A stretch of DNA of 63,802 nucleotides from assembly GCF_018977255.1 (NCBI RefSeq), contig NW_024704757.1, positions 12,586,199 through 12,650,000 of the forward strand. Reading direction: 5' to 3'. This stretch comes from Callorhinchus milii (Eukaryota). The position numbers and the translations under genes were made by a program. The notes beneath the pieces are model-generated. The model searched no databases. It saw only the letters and a list, made by a program, of their open reading frames with translations, and was not told the DNA's origin. Positions 11,487 through 26,590 of this stretch are shown one piece after another. The first letter of the stretch is position 1. Every line of letters starts with the position of its first letter.

Positions 11487-13991
11487 ATCTTTGCCCACAA
11501 AATACACAGCAAATTCTCTAAGCGCTTTAAGACGACTCAACAAGTGATAAGGCACTACACCAAATGCAAGGATTATCATTATGTCTCTAACACATTCAGG
11601 TAATAATTAAGTTACGCAAATAACCTTTATTTAGAACAATTTCAGGCAAAGAAAATCTCCCCCCTCCCCAAAAAAGCTCTGTTTGTTATGAATAAATTGA
11701 TACACGACTGAAAGATTATTTTTTTTATTTTATATTAAACTGTACAGAAATTAAAGACCTTTACAAGTCAGTTTAACAATAAACTATATGCACATCTCAT
11801 ATTTTCTGTAAAATACGGTCTAAGAAAGTTACAGCTAATTTTTCGCACGACTATTTGTCCTTAAAATACATTCATAATAAAAGGGAAATAGAAAATGCTA
11901 TATATACCTGTAACTGTTCGCCAATCTAACATAAGAAATAAATAAGTTTGCTGTTACAGTAACATTATGCCTAAAATCACTGACAGTTTCCATACTCAAT
12001 CCCAGTGTTTATGGCACGGCACTAACAAAAAAAATGCAATGACATTAATTTTAACTGAAGAGAATTTAGCATTTTATGAAATCAGTTGGACTCATTTTCA
12101 TTCCAGTTCTCGAGTTAGGGAGCACTGTTGGCGGTAAATAAAAAGTATCTGAACTTCCTTAAGAATTCATAGCTTTTCAATCCGTGTGCAAGCAGATCAG
12201 AAATGATTTCAGGATCAAAAGCCTGTTAAGAACTTGAAAGTGTTAGCAAAAGGGTTCACTGATTTTGACAATAATCACCTGACAAAAGCCTTTGCATGTT
12301 TTGTCGGCTTATTCTCTGCCACCATCATTTTTAATTCTGCTATGCAGAAAATTGGCAGCGTTTAAAAGTACTCAGTAAGTTTCCTTATTTGCTTTTCCTT
12401 TCTTGGATACGGTGAAACTATTTTTTTTCAATAAAAAAAGAGCGATACAGAAAAAAACCCGATTGAAATCTGCCTTCATCAGTGGTACAGATTCTCTCCT
12501 TATACATCACTGTCCTGTACATTGTTCCTTACAATGACACAATGCACCTGGTTTACTGCTTTTCAGTTCTACATAAAATAAGTCTAACCAACTATTCAAC
12601 GCAACCATTAAAAATGAAAAGGAAATCTTCACAGACATTACGTAATACAGGGGAAAAAATGCTTCACAGTATTTTGATAGCCTCAAAGAGCTTTTAGCAC
12701 TCAGATGTTGAACAGAAAATTAATTTCTCTGTTACCATGAACAGTGTAAAGGAAAATACACTCAGCGGTGATTTCTTTGGCCTCTGTTACTTATGCTTTG
12801 CAACTGCTGAAAAAAGACAGCTCAACGCAAAACTGTTTGAATAGAAAATACCCATAGCCTTTTTTTCCCCCCTCATGAAAAATTATTTTTTGAATATTTT
12901 ATCAATGGGAGTGGAATCTACCATTCACAGAGAGAGACTCTGGAGGGAAGAGGTCACTGGTGGGAAACCACATGTCCTCGCTTGATTTTCACTGGAAGAG
13001 AGTCAATTCGGAAATTGGTCTTCAACTGTAATGCCTCTTGAACTCACTCGCATAGAACTGGCCAGAATGAGTCATTGTCAACGTTTTAATTTATTGTAAT
13101 CATCTCTCAGTATTTTCCAGCTAGTCTATAACTTGCTAATACCTGGAATCACAAACTACCGGCTTATTACTATATTTTACATTGGACGATTATCAGTTAT
13201 GAATACAACTCCCCTCTATCATGTTCAGGTTCACTAGCCAGTGGCAGTGGTTGCTGGCAAAATTTAGGGCCAAACTATCTGACATTTTCAACAACTAAAA
13301 CATTTATTTCTAATGCATCTGAAAGATTGAAAGTAAAATGTATTGGACAAATTAAACAGACCCAAGATTTGCATAAAAGCGTCTCTGATGGCATAGTATG
13401 GTTCTTCGAAATATAACAACATTCGGATTGTAAATTGACTGTATTGGAAACTGACAATATTACTGAACTGTTATTTCAACTGCAATTTTGCATCGCGATG
13501 ATTTATGAGGCGCAGGTACTCATTTACATAGATCTTTTGAAAAACTATGTGCATCTTTAACAAATACACATTATTGGTGTGGGTGCGGCTGAGACATCCA
13601 GCACAAGGCACGTCAAACCTCCAATTTACGTTGTTGGAAACCAAATTGAACCAATCAATCAAAAATCACTAGCGTACGTACATTGAGATTGAAAGTCATT
13701 CGGAGAATATTGCATTTCTCTGCTTTGACATTCACCGTGAAGTCACACTGTCCATCAGAAAGGGCTGTGATTAATTGAAACCTGAAAGTAATGAAATCAG
13801 AAGAAAGACCTGTATTTTTTTGTCCAGTGCCAACATATTGATGCTGTGTTGGTGCAATACAGTACTTCAACCCGAGCTACTAAAATTGGTTTCACCAGTT
13901 GGCTAGGATGCCGTTTGAGTCAATGCTGTTAATTCCAGGGAAACAACCTTCAAAGCGAATTGGAAACATCAGTCCATGATGCGTATGCTGG

Positions 13992-14102
<111 letters not shown>

Positions 14103-15836
14103 TTATTTTGCCATCCAATTGTAATTTTTTGAACATCAAAAACAGTCAGGGGGAAAAAGTACATTTTATACTCGACAACTGCTGAATGGAAAATGTTACT
14201 AGTTTTGCACCAGTGTCAGCATGATACCATTTACACATTACACTTAGCCTGGATCGGACGCAGTGCATTGCCCTCTTCACTAACAGTGCCTTCCCGATTT
14301 CAGATCACATCCGAAGACTTGCCTCTTCGACCGTGCTTACGGTCATCTCCCCTCAGTGTCAAGCTACGCCATTGTTCAGCGCTCTGAGAAGCTATTTAAG
14401 GGCGCTATATAAATGAAAGTCATTGTTGTTAGCTCCCGACCTCAGAGGTAACAGTACTTAGTGATTATAAATAAGAAGGGTATCAAAAAAGGTTTGAATG
14501 CAACTGTTTCAATGTCATACAAGCACAACAGCAATTGCACTTATATAAAGCAATGATTATGAAGTGGCTTATAAAGATGTAGTGGGAGCGTGAGCTGGGA
14601 GGGGCTTGGGTTGGAGGGTTGGGGATGGTGGGGGGAGAGTAGAACAGTGGCCCGAAAGTGAACCATTCTTTCTTCTAGACATCAGGTAATAGTAAAGGTT
14701 AGCAATCCTTCCAACTTTCCAACTCATAACACAAGGCAGTCACTGGCAGAAAAAATTCACACTGTATACGGCATTGCTGAATACCTTTGTCTTGTGGGGA
14801 AAGTGTTTGCTTCAACACTCCTTGTGTATTTTATTAACGGTCCAATTAATAAAGTGGGCAAAGATTACACACGTTTCCGGCTGGCATCCATGAACTGAAT
14901 TGCTGGGCTACTATGGTTACCCAATTCCACCGTGATCTGGAGCCTGGCAAGTTTTATTAATGCCGCCAAAAAACACGTACTGATTGGCAGCTGAGTCTGT
15001 GGCTCCCCTGCTGCTCATCCATCTGTTATTTTATTCACAGGCATGAAATCCGTTATAGTTCAGCCAATTATTATTCACCAGACATTCAGGTGGGACATTA
15101 GGTTTCTGCTGTGGCTGGATGCAATGCACTCAGATCCTCAGAGGTTTGCAGTGTTTTGTGGATGTTGCTACTATAATTTGCAAGTTTACACCAATTTATG
15201 CTTTGCAGGAGAACAGCCTGACAATGTTCCTATTTATTAACTGTGTGGTGTGCAGCAGGTGACTTGGATTCTTCCATTCTCTGCAGATTCCCTACAGATG
15301 GGCATTCGAGTTCCACAAGGCTAATTTCAGTGCAAATTACTGCTGCAAATACAACTGAAATACAAGCGTATCTGGGACTGTTTCAGTGGATGATTAGAGG
15401 AAGCAGTGGCCTTGTCTTTGGCTGAACGTACATGCTTAATGAAGATACACAGCGAATCAATGCGACAGTCAAGGACTTAGAATTCTTACACGTGAAAGGC
15501 GCTACACAAATGTAATTTGTATTGTAATTTGTATTGTATTTCATTCCATCTTCACGGCTTTCCCATCATGCTGGCTCTTTATGACGCACACCATGTGCCT
15601 GTGGAACGCTACACCACCAAGTCACGGTTGACTAATGATCACGAGAAGGAAATTATCCAAGATAGAATTTAAACGGACGTTCCTGTGCGCAATTGGCTGC
15701 CACGTTTCACCCACAAAATACACAGCCATTCCACTTTACAGTATATCCCGTGAAGCACTTTGAGATGTCTCAACGATGTGTTGGGGCGCTATATCAAATG
15801 CAAGGATTATTATTATTATTAAGTATACAAGGATTA

Positions 15837-16202
<366 letters not shown>

Positions 16203-17372
16203 TCAAATTAATCTTAACTCACAGTCTGTCCTGTTGTACATTGCAATTTCAAAAAACAATTAAAGTCACAACATGTATCAACACCTGAGAACAGCGCACA
16301 CCTGGTTAGGTGTTACACTTTGGTCACTCGATCCACGGCTGTTCGTGGGACACTGCTGTGCGCAATTGGCTGCCCTGCATTTTGCCCACAAAATGTACAG
16401 TCAATTCACTTTATGGTACATTCTGTGAAACGCTTTGTGACGTCTCAAAGACGTGATGAGGCGCTACATCAAATGCAAGGATTATTATTATTATTATAGG
16501 GTTGAGGAAACGCAGAGTAAAGCTATTCTATACAGCCACAGAGAGACCATCTAAAAACAAGAGCCGATAGTGGGGCAAAGAAGGAAAGAAACAATATCGA
16601 AAGTTCACGTTTGTAAGGTTCGATTGTCTGGCAGTGATAGAAAGCGTGCATAACGGATTATCAAACTGAGCAAAAGCTTGCCAACTGAAAAGGCACGTTT
16701 TGTTTATTTTATCCTCTGCGGGACATATGGATGTTTATTCTTACTCATAAAACAACATTTTCACAAGGCCCCTTTTTTTTAAAAAAAGTACTGTAAATTA
16801 ACGCGATGCAAAGTGCTGGTAAGGGACCTTGTATTTGTCCAGCCAGGACAGCCCCCACCCAACAGGATTTGGGCTCACAGGGTTCAGAACATGTTGACAT
16901 CTAAGTTTAATGTATGAGCCAGACTGACTGTTCAACGATGCCTCGGATTACTGTGCAGTCAGCTGGCTTCATCAGCCAATGTGTCCAAGAGGACCTTGCT
17001 GTGTGCCCCTGGTGTAGTGCTCGCTGCTTGAGCTATCTGAATGTTAAAAAAAAAACTATACAGCAGAGAATTTCGACACAGATCAAAACACAGAGAATAC
17101 TGGAGGCATCGTGAGTTCCACGTAATGTCATCTTAATTGAGCGGCACACCTTTCAAAAAGCGTTTTCACTTGCGTTTAATCCGCATCGTTTTTTTTTTTT
17201 TAATCGCTCCAATCTGTTACGCCCTTTCGGCACAAATCATTCACGACAGGTACTAAATAACGGAGATTTTTTTAAAAAAAAAATATATGGATCTTTCATT
17301 CTTCTGAGAGAGAGGAGGAAAAAAGCATTTTAATAGGGAAAGCACATCGGATGACTGTTTTGACGATTATTA

Positions 17373-17597
<225 letters not shown>

Positions 17598-18355
17598 TTA
17601 GAATGCTTGTTTGCACACAATGCGATAACCTTAGAAAACCGCTCTCCTCAAACTCGATTCGACATAATTTATTTTTCTGGGAACGACAGCGAGGACAGAG
17701 TGTAAAACTTTGCATCAAACGTAATTTCACAAAAACAGGACTGGAGGGAGAAAATAAAACAAAATCATGAGATAGAAATAACGGCTCAGTACTCAAAGGT
17801 CGGGTGGAGAGAAAGCATTATAAATGGTCGGCAAATTATATAGCAAACAGCAGTCGTTTGAGCAAATAGCATACAAAGTAGTATTAGCTTGTAGTGCCAC
17901 AGGCTGCTACGAATTCTCATGTTAGGTGTAACAAGGCATTATAAAATGACAAAAATAAGGACAACACAGTGTGATCCTAGAGAGGGGATGAGATTTTCTG
18001 TCAATGGAAATGATGATTCATAGTGAAATATCAAATGTTTCCATGAGTCAGATTTTTACTACGATTTATTTATTGACCAAGTTAAGATTCACAGGTCAAA
18101 ATTGTTTAACACGGAGAATGAATGAAGAATAATTGTGCTGCTGGCCATTTTTTTTTGGTGGGTGGGGGGGGTGGGGTTCAGCCGGGTGTCTGACGCATGC
18201 GGACACCCACCACCGTGCTATCCAAACCAAACAGAGTTCCATGCATCCTTTCTACCCGTGGAAATTTCAGAGATATTTATTGGAATGGAATGCGAACTCT
18301 CTCCCTGGAAGGATGTATGTATAAGTATGTGGATTTTGTGGTTTCCATATAGTAC

Positions 18356-18706
18356 GGAGTCCAATAGCTCAGTGGTTAGAGCACGCGCCTCGCAAGCGAG
18401 AGACCTGGGTTCGATTCCTGGCAGGGCGAAACATTGGGCAAGTTTCCTTACTCCACACTACCTGGCAGTAAGTACGAACCCGGTTGTTAGTCGATTGGTG
18501 GATTGTTTTTCTGGGTGTAACATTCCTTAAAAAATAAATAATAATACATTGGTCACTAAATCCACGACTGTCTGTGGGACGCTGCTGTGCGCAATTGGCT
18601 GCCGCGTTTCACCAACAAATATACAGTCAATTCACTTTACAGTATATTGCGTGAAGAGCTTTGACACGTCTTGAGGACGTGATGAGGCATTATATCAAAT
18701 GCAAGG
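18356..18706 (+). mobile_element. tRNA-derived SINE, long subfamily, tail truncated
   Basis: A box, B box GGTTCGATTCC and central extra segment. Ends at ATCAAATGCAAGGA against an antisense L2 fragment. Confidence 0.88.
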
Positions 18707-18709
18707 AAG

Positions 18710-19620
18710 ATTTTCAAGCGAGAAAAGGGGGACAAACGGGCCAAGTGGGAGGGATGAAGGGGGAGTGTCACAGAGTTTCGGGGCGTAGTGGCTGAAAGCG
18801 CGACCTCCGATGGTGGGATGGAGGGTGCGAGAGACGAGCAGGAGGCCGGTGTCAGTCGAGCGGAGACGCCGGGTGGTGGATTGGGGAGTGAGGAGGTCGG
18901 AGAGGGAGGGAGGGAGGGAGGTGCCAGAGAGTGAAGGGATTTGAACACGAGGGAGAGGATCCTGAAGTCGATCCGTTGGGTGATGGGGAGCCAGTGGATC
19001 CTGGGCAGAACTGGTGAGATGTGGGTATGGAGTTTGGTCCGGGTCAGTAGTGGGCGGCAGATTTTTTGATTTTTTGAACAGTGGAGCTGGGGAGACCGGC
19101 GAGGAGTGCATTGGAGTAATCCAGGCGGGAGGTGACAAATTCATGCAGGGGATTTCGGTTGCATTTGGTGTAAGGTAAGGTCGGAGGCGGGCAATGTGGC
19201 GGAGGAGGAAGACTGTGTCGAACATGGCAGAGAGATCCAGGAGGACGAGGAGGCAGAGGGAGCCCTGGTCACAGATGGAGAGGATATCGTTTGTGACTTT
19301 GACAGAGCTGTCTCTGTGCTGTGGGCAGTCAGGGCGAAAACCAGAGAGGGCTTGAGGATCTGCACGGAGGAGGTGATGGACGGTGGAAAACAGCGTCTTT
19401 GGATTATTGTTTGCCTCCAAGATGACTTTGGAGTAAAGGTCAGTTTTGGCCTGTCATAGGGAGAGGCATTGGGTGAGGAGATGCTCAAGCCACAGCTGGC
19501 GGTGAACTGTGAGGCCGGATTTCTGCCATCTGGGATCTGGGTTTGTGTTTTGAGTGAACAGAGATGGCTGTTGTTCCGGGGAGAGCGGGTGGGTTTGGAA
19601 AGAACCCTGGATTTCAGGGG
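18710..19620 (-). mobile_element. Degenerate, internally deleted L2 LINE ORF2 fragment in CLEC19A intron 2
   Basis: Frameshifted peptides NPKTLFSTV, HSTETAL/KVTNDIL, LLVLLDLSAMFDTV, LRHIARLRPYLT, FKSLH and GGRAFSHYAPKL are L2 ORF2 motifs. Confidence 0.85.
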
Positions 19621-19647
19621 AGCTGGGAATTAAAGATGTGCACATTA

Positions 19648-19881
<234 letters not shown>

Positions 19882-21402
19882 TCATCAGTCTCCCACTCTT
19901 TACTTGACTGGGTAACCGAAGCATAGCAGAACAAAACAGTAAGGCACGCAAGGTGATTGATGCTTGCCACTGCGACTCCGTTAATTTGTAATTGAAATGT
20001 TACCTGCATGATGGAGCCCATTAAAATACAATTGCTCATGGGGAATTATAAAAAATACTAAAAATATTGACATAGCTCCGGTGTTCGACCACTGATGTCA
20101 AATCCAAATGTATGATGTTGCTCATGCAGAACAACAATTACTGAGTAGGGAGTTACACAGGAGTTCAACTAACATTTAAACCTCAAGGGTGAAGCTAAAC
20201 ACTATTTAAATCATGTAAATCCTTAGCTATTCCCTCATTCATACACAACATTTAATGGCAGCAGAATTTTTAGTCGGAGAGGCCCTATTGTCTTGTTAGC
20301 TCTCCTGCTGGAGCTATCTATTATGTACTCGTGCTTTTCACACCACCTCCCCCACCCCATGCTATTTTGCATTGACACTCTTCAAGTGATTATCTGTTCG
20401 AATTAGTTTGGAATGTCTCAAGCAGCACCAAATGGTATCGGTGAACTCACAAGCCTGTGACGGACGCAAATTCATAATAGAACAACTTGCTTTTTTAGCG
20501 CTTTACAAAGACAAGGTCGGACACCGAGAGGTGTCGACAGATGCTGTCGAAGGTGTAATAATTTTCCTGCGATGGGTAGAAAGCTAAAACTACAGCTGGT
20601 TGCTGAGAGCCAATGTTAGGACCCAAGTCTTCCCGCTGGGGCGATTGTCCACAAACTAAGTTTATCTCAAGTGGTGGTCACTGAAGCTTACCTTATTTGT
20701 CCATGTGCTTTGGCCTGGTATGTAACAATAAGTTAATCTGCTCGTTTTTCAGATAAGTGTGTTTTTTTAAAAAAAGATAAAGCTCATCACATGAATGCCA
20801 ATTACTGCAATTGGCTGCCGCATTTCGCACAGAAAATATACAGTCAATTTACTTTACAGTGAGACAGTCTGAGAGGCTATCATTTCAATGATTTGGAGTA
20901 GAGAATTCAGAGGAGTTGTTAGAGTGTGCTAAAATATACACAGCTAAAATGCATCGCCTATGACGTGGTATGGGTTTGCTCTGTGCAGGCTTCTGCTCAC
21001 CATAATGTGCAGCTAGGTACATTATATATTGCTTTATGTACACTTCTGTTTTACTTTCAACCAAGAACATCTGGAGAAAGCACACAGCCAGAATCTGCAC
21101 TATTAAGTAATACGGTATTCCTTGTTCGACTGCAAATGATTTCTTAGTATTGTGCTCTGGGGATCAGTAAAAGATCCAGACGTCAGTATAGTATATAGCT
21201 GAAAGCGAGATGCAACCAGTTGGGGTTGGATGTTGGCAAGCACAAGCAAATAAACACTTCAAACTGAATATAGCGGAAAGTTATTGTTGAAATACTAACA
21301 ATGAAAAGTTTATTGGGAAGTGAGACGGTTAAAGTGAAAATAACTTGTTTTTTCATTTATAGTTCTTTATTCACAGTTTTTTTTTAGTCTATTTTAACAG
21401 TA

Positions 21403-22143
21403 ATAAGTTGGTCACTTCAATCCACGACTGTTTGTGTGCAATTGGCTGCCACGTTTCGCCCACAAATATACATTCAATGCACTTTACAGTATATTCTGTG
21501 AAGCGCTTTGAGACGTCTCGAAGACGTGAAAAGCACTATATGCAATGCAAGGATTATTATTTATCAGTTTAATTCTCTGATTCAGCTAATTTGCCTTGGT
21601 GTCAACTACATTGTGTTTAAACACCTTAACTGGTTTATATGGTTCACCCCCACTCCTGAAATGATCCAATCACCTGAAATGATAGTATATTCTGTGAAGC
21701 ACTTTGACACATCTCGAAAACGTGATAAGGCACTCTATCAAATGCAAGGATTATTATTATTATTATTATCTCCATCTTCCCACATCCAGTACAATGGCAG
21801 CTACTAGAGAATTCGCCTCACAAGCGTTCGATTCCCAGCAGGGCGAAACGCTGGGCAAGTTTCCTTACTCCACACGCCTCTGTTTACCTAGGAGTAAATA
21901 GGAACCTGATTGTTAGTCGATTGGTGGATCACTTTTCCATGGGTAATAATTCTTTCCAAAAAAATAATAATAATAAATTGGTCACTTCACTTCACGACTG
22001 TTTGTGGGACACTGCCGTGTGCAATCGGCTGCGGCGTTTCGCCCACAAAATATAAGTCAGTTCACTCTACAGTATGTTCTGCGAAGCGCTTTGAGGCGTC
22101 TCGAAGATGTGAGAAGGCGCTATATCAAACGCAAGGATTATTA
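21403..22143 (+). mobile_element. Cluster of three SINE copies or fragments in CLEC19A intron 1
   Basis: SINE tails end at ~21560, ~21768 and ~22143. The last copy has a partial head and the long central segment. Confidence 0.8.
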
Positions 22144-23520
22144 TCTCATTCTTACCATCTACTCAGACCACCCTTAATCACCTCCATCTTCAGTCAACAT
22201 CGGAAGCAGAGACAACCTGTAGATGTCTCAGCACCAATTCAAGCGCTTTAATTGATTTCTTTAAGAAATATTTAAAATGTCCGTATCACTCAACCCTTGT
22301 CCCCGAACAGGCATTCATTTCACTGACAGTTTGGAGACTGTCTGTGTTGTGCCTCTGAAAGGTTTTAATGAGGTGTCAGCCTGGCTCAGTCATTAGCCTG
22401 GCTGCCACGTCCGCCTGTAAAATGCACAGTCACTACACTTTACAAAATATCCTGTGAAGCTCTTGAGATGCGACATATTAAATGCAAGTCTTACAGGTAC
22501 AGTGTTTAATAATCTCTCTCTCTCTGCCCCAGCTATTAGTCACAGTCAAACCAATGGAAGTTGAACTGCATCTTTAACTAATAAAATTTAAATAATAATA
22601 AAATATATTACGCCTCCATGTGCTGACCAGACTCCTGTCACACACTGTGTTTATTACATTTAGTCCAGCTAGGTAACAATTTCACACGATGATCAGAAGA
22701 TTAATATGTGTGGTTAGCTTGATGATACTTGTGAATTTAAGAGGATTAAAATGATGCAATCGAAGTCCGAAAGAGTGGCATTGGCAAGTTAGATTTGACT
22801 AGTGTTCCTGATCCAAAATGCAGAGTCTTTCTCTTGGAATTGAAATCAGTAGGAAAACAGCGGAGCAAAAGTGAAACTGACAAAAGTTTAGCCAACAAAG
22901 TTTCAAATCCAGCCTCACTCAGTGTTTAAACTGTCCAGTTGGCTCCCATGTAGAACAGATCATTTAACGAATATGCGACCACAAAAAGTCGTGATAACTA
23001 CCCTATTATCTAAAAAAAATCATTTCTTTAGACTTATTAAACAAGGTAATGGGATCACGACTTTATGGTCACCCTACAGATAGGGCAATTGTTTAGGCTG
23101 TTTTTCAAGGACTGTTTGCTTTACTTTTTTTTCACAGAACTTCAGAACAGTATCAAAATTAAAAAAACTCAGACAAATAACACTAAACAGCAAACCAAGT
23201 CCACAAACTGGATTGAAGGGACTTGCCACTTGCTCTCTATCCTGTTTGATGAGCTGAAATAAAATCAATTCTGTTTCGAAAGAGCCAGAGAGATAGAATG
23301 TGCAGCCTCCAAAAACACTTCCGAGTAACTTTCTTTTAAACCAAAAGTCTGCGATGGTGATGGTTAACAACGTGTGTTTTTTTGCGCCCAATTTTCTCCC
23401 AATGTTGTGTTCAGTAATTATTCCGGGACCACTGATTATTCATTCCCGGGCAGTCAACCTCCACCTCCCTCCTTCCCTTCTTTTCTCTTTCCCCAGTGTT
23501 TAATGAAGGTTCTTACTTAC

Positions 23521-23608
23521 CTTGGCTGATCTGGATATGCGTTGGGGGAGCAGCTTCTCCTAACACCGCGGTTACAAACAGTATTGCACACAAGTTCCAT
23601 CTGACCAT
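23521..23608 (-). CDS. CLEC19A: CLEC19A coding exon 1 (signal peptide)
   Basis: ATG at 23608 gives MVRWNLCAILFVTAVLGEAAPPTHIQISQ, a hydrophobic signal-like N-terminus, then donor AAG|gtaagt. All five exons sum to 573 nt = 190 aa plus stop. Confidence 0.9.
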
Positions 23609-23742
23609 TGTGATGGCAATTGGATCGTTGCCCACTCGCTGATCAGACCCAGAGTATAAGTAAGCTCTCTCAATCGGTTCGGGTCTTAACTCAGTGATCC
23701 CTGGTGCTTGATTTCCACCCTCTGACTACACACACACTCCCC

Positions 23743-23748
23743 TTTATG
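23743..23748 (-). promoter_or_regulatory. TATA-like CATAAA upstream of CLEC19A
   Basis: CATAAAGGGG about 135 nt upstream of the ATG. Positional plausibility only. Confidence 0.25.
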
Positions 23749-23933
23749 GAAATCGGCCCAAGGGGGCTGGATTCAGAATCTCAGAAAGTTACACCAAGCT
23801 CAAAAAGGACAAGTTAGATTGAAGGACTTTCTTTCTGCTGGTTAGGAGTTGGCTTGTGGGGGTGGGTGGGTGGGAGTAGGGGAGGGTTTGGATTCCGTAC
23901 AGCTACAAAACATGTGATTGTTGGTCTACTGTC

Positions 23934-24257
23934 GGAGTCCTGTAGCTCAGTGGTTAGAGCACTCGCTTTGCAAGCGAGAGACCTGAGTTCAATTCTAGGC
24001 AGAGGGCGAAACCTTGGGCAAGTTTCCTTACTCCACACAGAGCCTAATAATAATCCCTCCAAAAACAAAAAACAATAATAAATTGGTCATTTTCAATCTA
24101 CGACTGTTTGTGGGACATTGCTGTGCGCAATTGGCTGCCGCGTTCGCGCACAAATATACAGTCAATTCACTTTACAGTGTGTTCTGTGAAGCGCTTTGGG
24201 ACGTCCTCCCGAAGTGAAAAGCGCTATATCAAATGCAAGGTTTATTATTATTATTAT
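23934..24257 (+). mobile_element. Full-length tRNA-derived SINE, short/young subfamily
   Basis: Near-identical to 11162-11486. Lies about 330 bp upstream of the CLEC19A ATG. Confidence 0.92.
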
Positions 24258-26496
24258 TTACTGCAAGCATGCTACCTAATATTATACCTTTGTTGCACAA
24301 TCAATTTGAACCGTAAACCACTTTGGATGATCCAAGATGATCTTTCACATTATGTAACTGAAAGGTTTTGACTCAGGTTCGCTTTGAGACATCTCAACCA
24401 CGCGATGAGGCGCTATATCAAATGCAAGGATTTTAAAAATTATTCTTAGTAGTAGTAGTACACATATAAGTAAAACAAATTAAAAAAACCATCGTGAGAC
24501 TTCATATGGCAGCACGATTGTATTTGGGGTTTGGACAAGGCAAATTTGATCAGGGACACAATACCTCATCTGGGGACTGTCCCTGGAAATCAAGCACGTA
24601 TGGTTACCCTACCCTAAATGGCTCCTTGAATGCTTAGCATCTTGTGCAGCCCAGTTCAGAAGTTCCAGTTAAACCCGACAAAGTTTTTAAACGCACGGTT
24701 GTTTCACGCTTTTTTCTGCCCCCACCGCAAATTGGCATCCCCATGAATGAGTGTCCGACATTTTACATGACGTTCCTGAACCAGTCTACCACTGAACACC
24801 ACTGCCACAGACAACACGTAACCTAACTCCCCAGAGCACGACCCAGTGAGCTCCTTACAGTGACAGACACCAGAAAAACTCATTAGCCTGATTGACTTTC
24901 CAGCTTATCTCCGGCTCTCAAATCTTTGCGCTGAACTCTCAGAGGGCACGTTTGATTGTCTGGGATGTGTCGCACATGTAAGGAGTTCTTAACCCACCGA
25001 GTGACAGTTTGGACTAATCGATGGCACGAAGCTAAGGCAGACCGCACCGTACTCTGTGAAGATACCACATTTAGCATTTTTAAAGCCATCACTTTGAGTT
25101 TGAATGTCAAGATTCTGCATCCTGCCCCCAGCACCTACTCAGGGAACAGGACTCACTTCATTATAATTCCTGCATCAAGCAGAGGGTGGGGGCGGGTAGA
25201 GATAGCACCCCGGTTCGATATGCTTTACATTCAGTGTGTGTTTTTTTACACACTGTTCTGCCAAGTGGGTATCGGAATGTCCCGTTAGTTACAGCAGAGT
25301 CTTTGCACAAATCGTTTTGTTTGATTGCAGTCCCGAGGAACAAAGCAGTTCAACAGCAGGGTTTCTTGATCTGCGAGGCCCGTTTGACTGCAGGAGACAC
25401 TTCATGACATATAGATGTCAAGAGTCGAGTGCAGTCAACCACAACGCCAGTTTGTCACAGATGCACAGTCACACCACAGCAAATAGAGGAGTGCAAGAGA
25501 AAGATCATAGGGGGAAAGGGAGGGGGGGGGGGGGGGAAATCGGAGAAACCTATAACCCTTAAATAATTTGCTTTTATGTCTTTTTCGAAGCTTTTAGATT
25601 TAAAAAAAAGATTATTTAACTGCGCAAGGTGGTAGGTAAGGGCTTCTCAGGAGAAGGCTTGCCTTAAATGCAGCTGGCAAGGTGACAGTCAACAAAACAA
25701 CGATGGCCACATGCAACTCGACGAAAGGAACTCGGTAAAATACAGAGCAGAACCATTGCTAAGCGAAAGCAATCAATGAGTCAAAATGATAATAAAGGAG
25801 ACAGTAAAAAGGTAGAACCAAGGAAAATAGCAAGTCAATGTACCGGTGCAGAATGAAAGGAAGCGTAAAGGAGGATTTTGAAAAGGGGCGAATTGTCTTC
25901 ACGAAATGTGTCCTTTCCTTTCAACCTTTCCTTTTTTGCTTGGGAAGGGACCGCAGCCTAGATTACTTTGATCGTTTTTGTTGGTCAGCCAGATGTCCAA
26001 CACATGTCTGACACATCGCCACGCTTATGTGTGCACAGACCAGCCTGGGGAGTTCCAGAAAGGCATGCAAATTTCCCTTTGTGTGGAATGGTGTGCGCAC
26101 TCTCCTACCGGAGGGATGCGCGCTGCTTACCTCATCCCGGAACTTATTAGTGGCAGGTTGTCAGAGAACCCCCAGAGTGTGTTAAAAACTGCACAGCTGT
26201 TTGTCAAGCTTGAGTCACCCTACCCTCTAAGTGGGGTTGACTCGCGGGCGTGAAACAGAGCAGGATGGGGAGAATCATAGGAACCCAGGTAAGGTCAACA
26301 CATTACACTTGTATAGCGTCCTTCACGTCGGGAGGACATCCCAGAGCGCTGGGTAACTAACCAGCCATAGACTAAAATAAAAATAATTCCAGCATCACGC
26401 AATCGTTCGTCTCTCGTCGTGATTGATGTCACAGAATTATATTTCCTCAAACTATTTGTCATTGCCTTGATTGTGAATGCAATGTTTGCCAAAGAC

Positions 26497-26590
26497 GTGT
26501 GTGTGTGTGTGCGCGCATGTGTGTGTGTGTGTGTGTGCGCGCACGTGTGTGTGTGCGCGCACGTGTGTGTGTGTGTGGGTGTGCGTGTGA
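26497..26590. repeat. (TG)n/(CG)n alternating purine-pyrimidine microsatellite
   Basis: GTGTGTGCGCGCACGTGTGT... An (TCAC)n tract follows at ~26695-26745. Confidence 0.9.

Noticed and set aside
11724-11729. AATAAA as the CLEC19A polyadenylation signal
   Set aside because: Plausible, but several AATAAA hexamers occur in this AT-rich region and the true end cannot be chosen without 3' reads.
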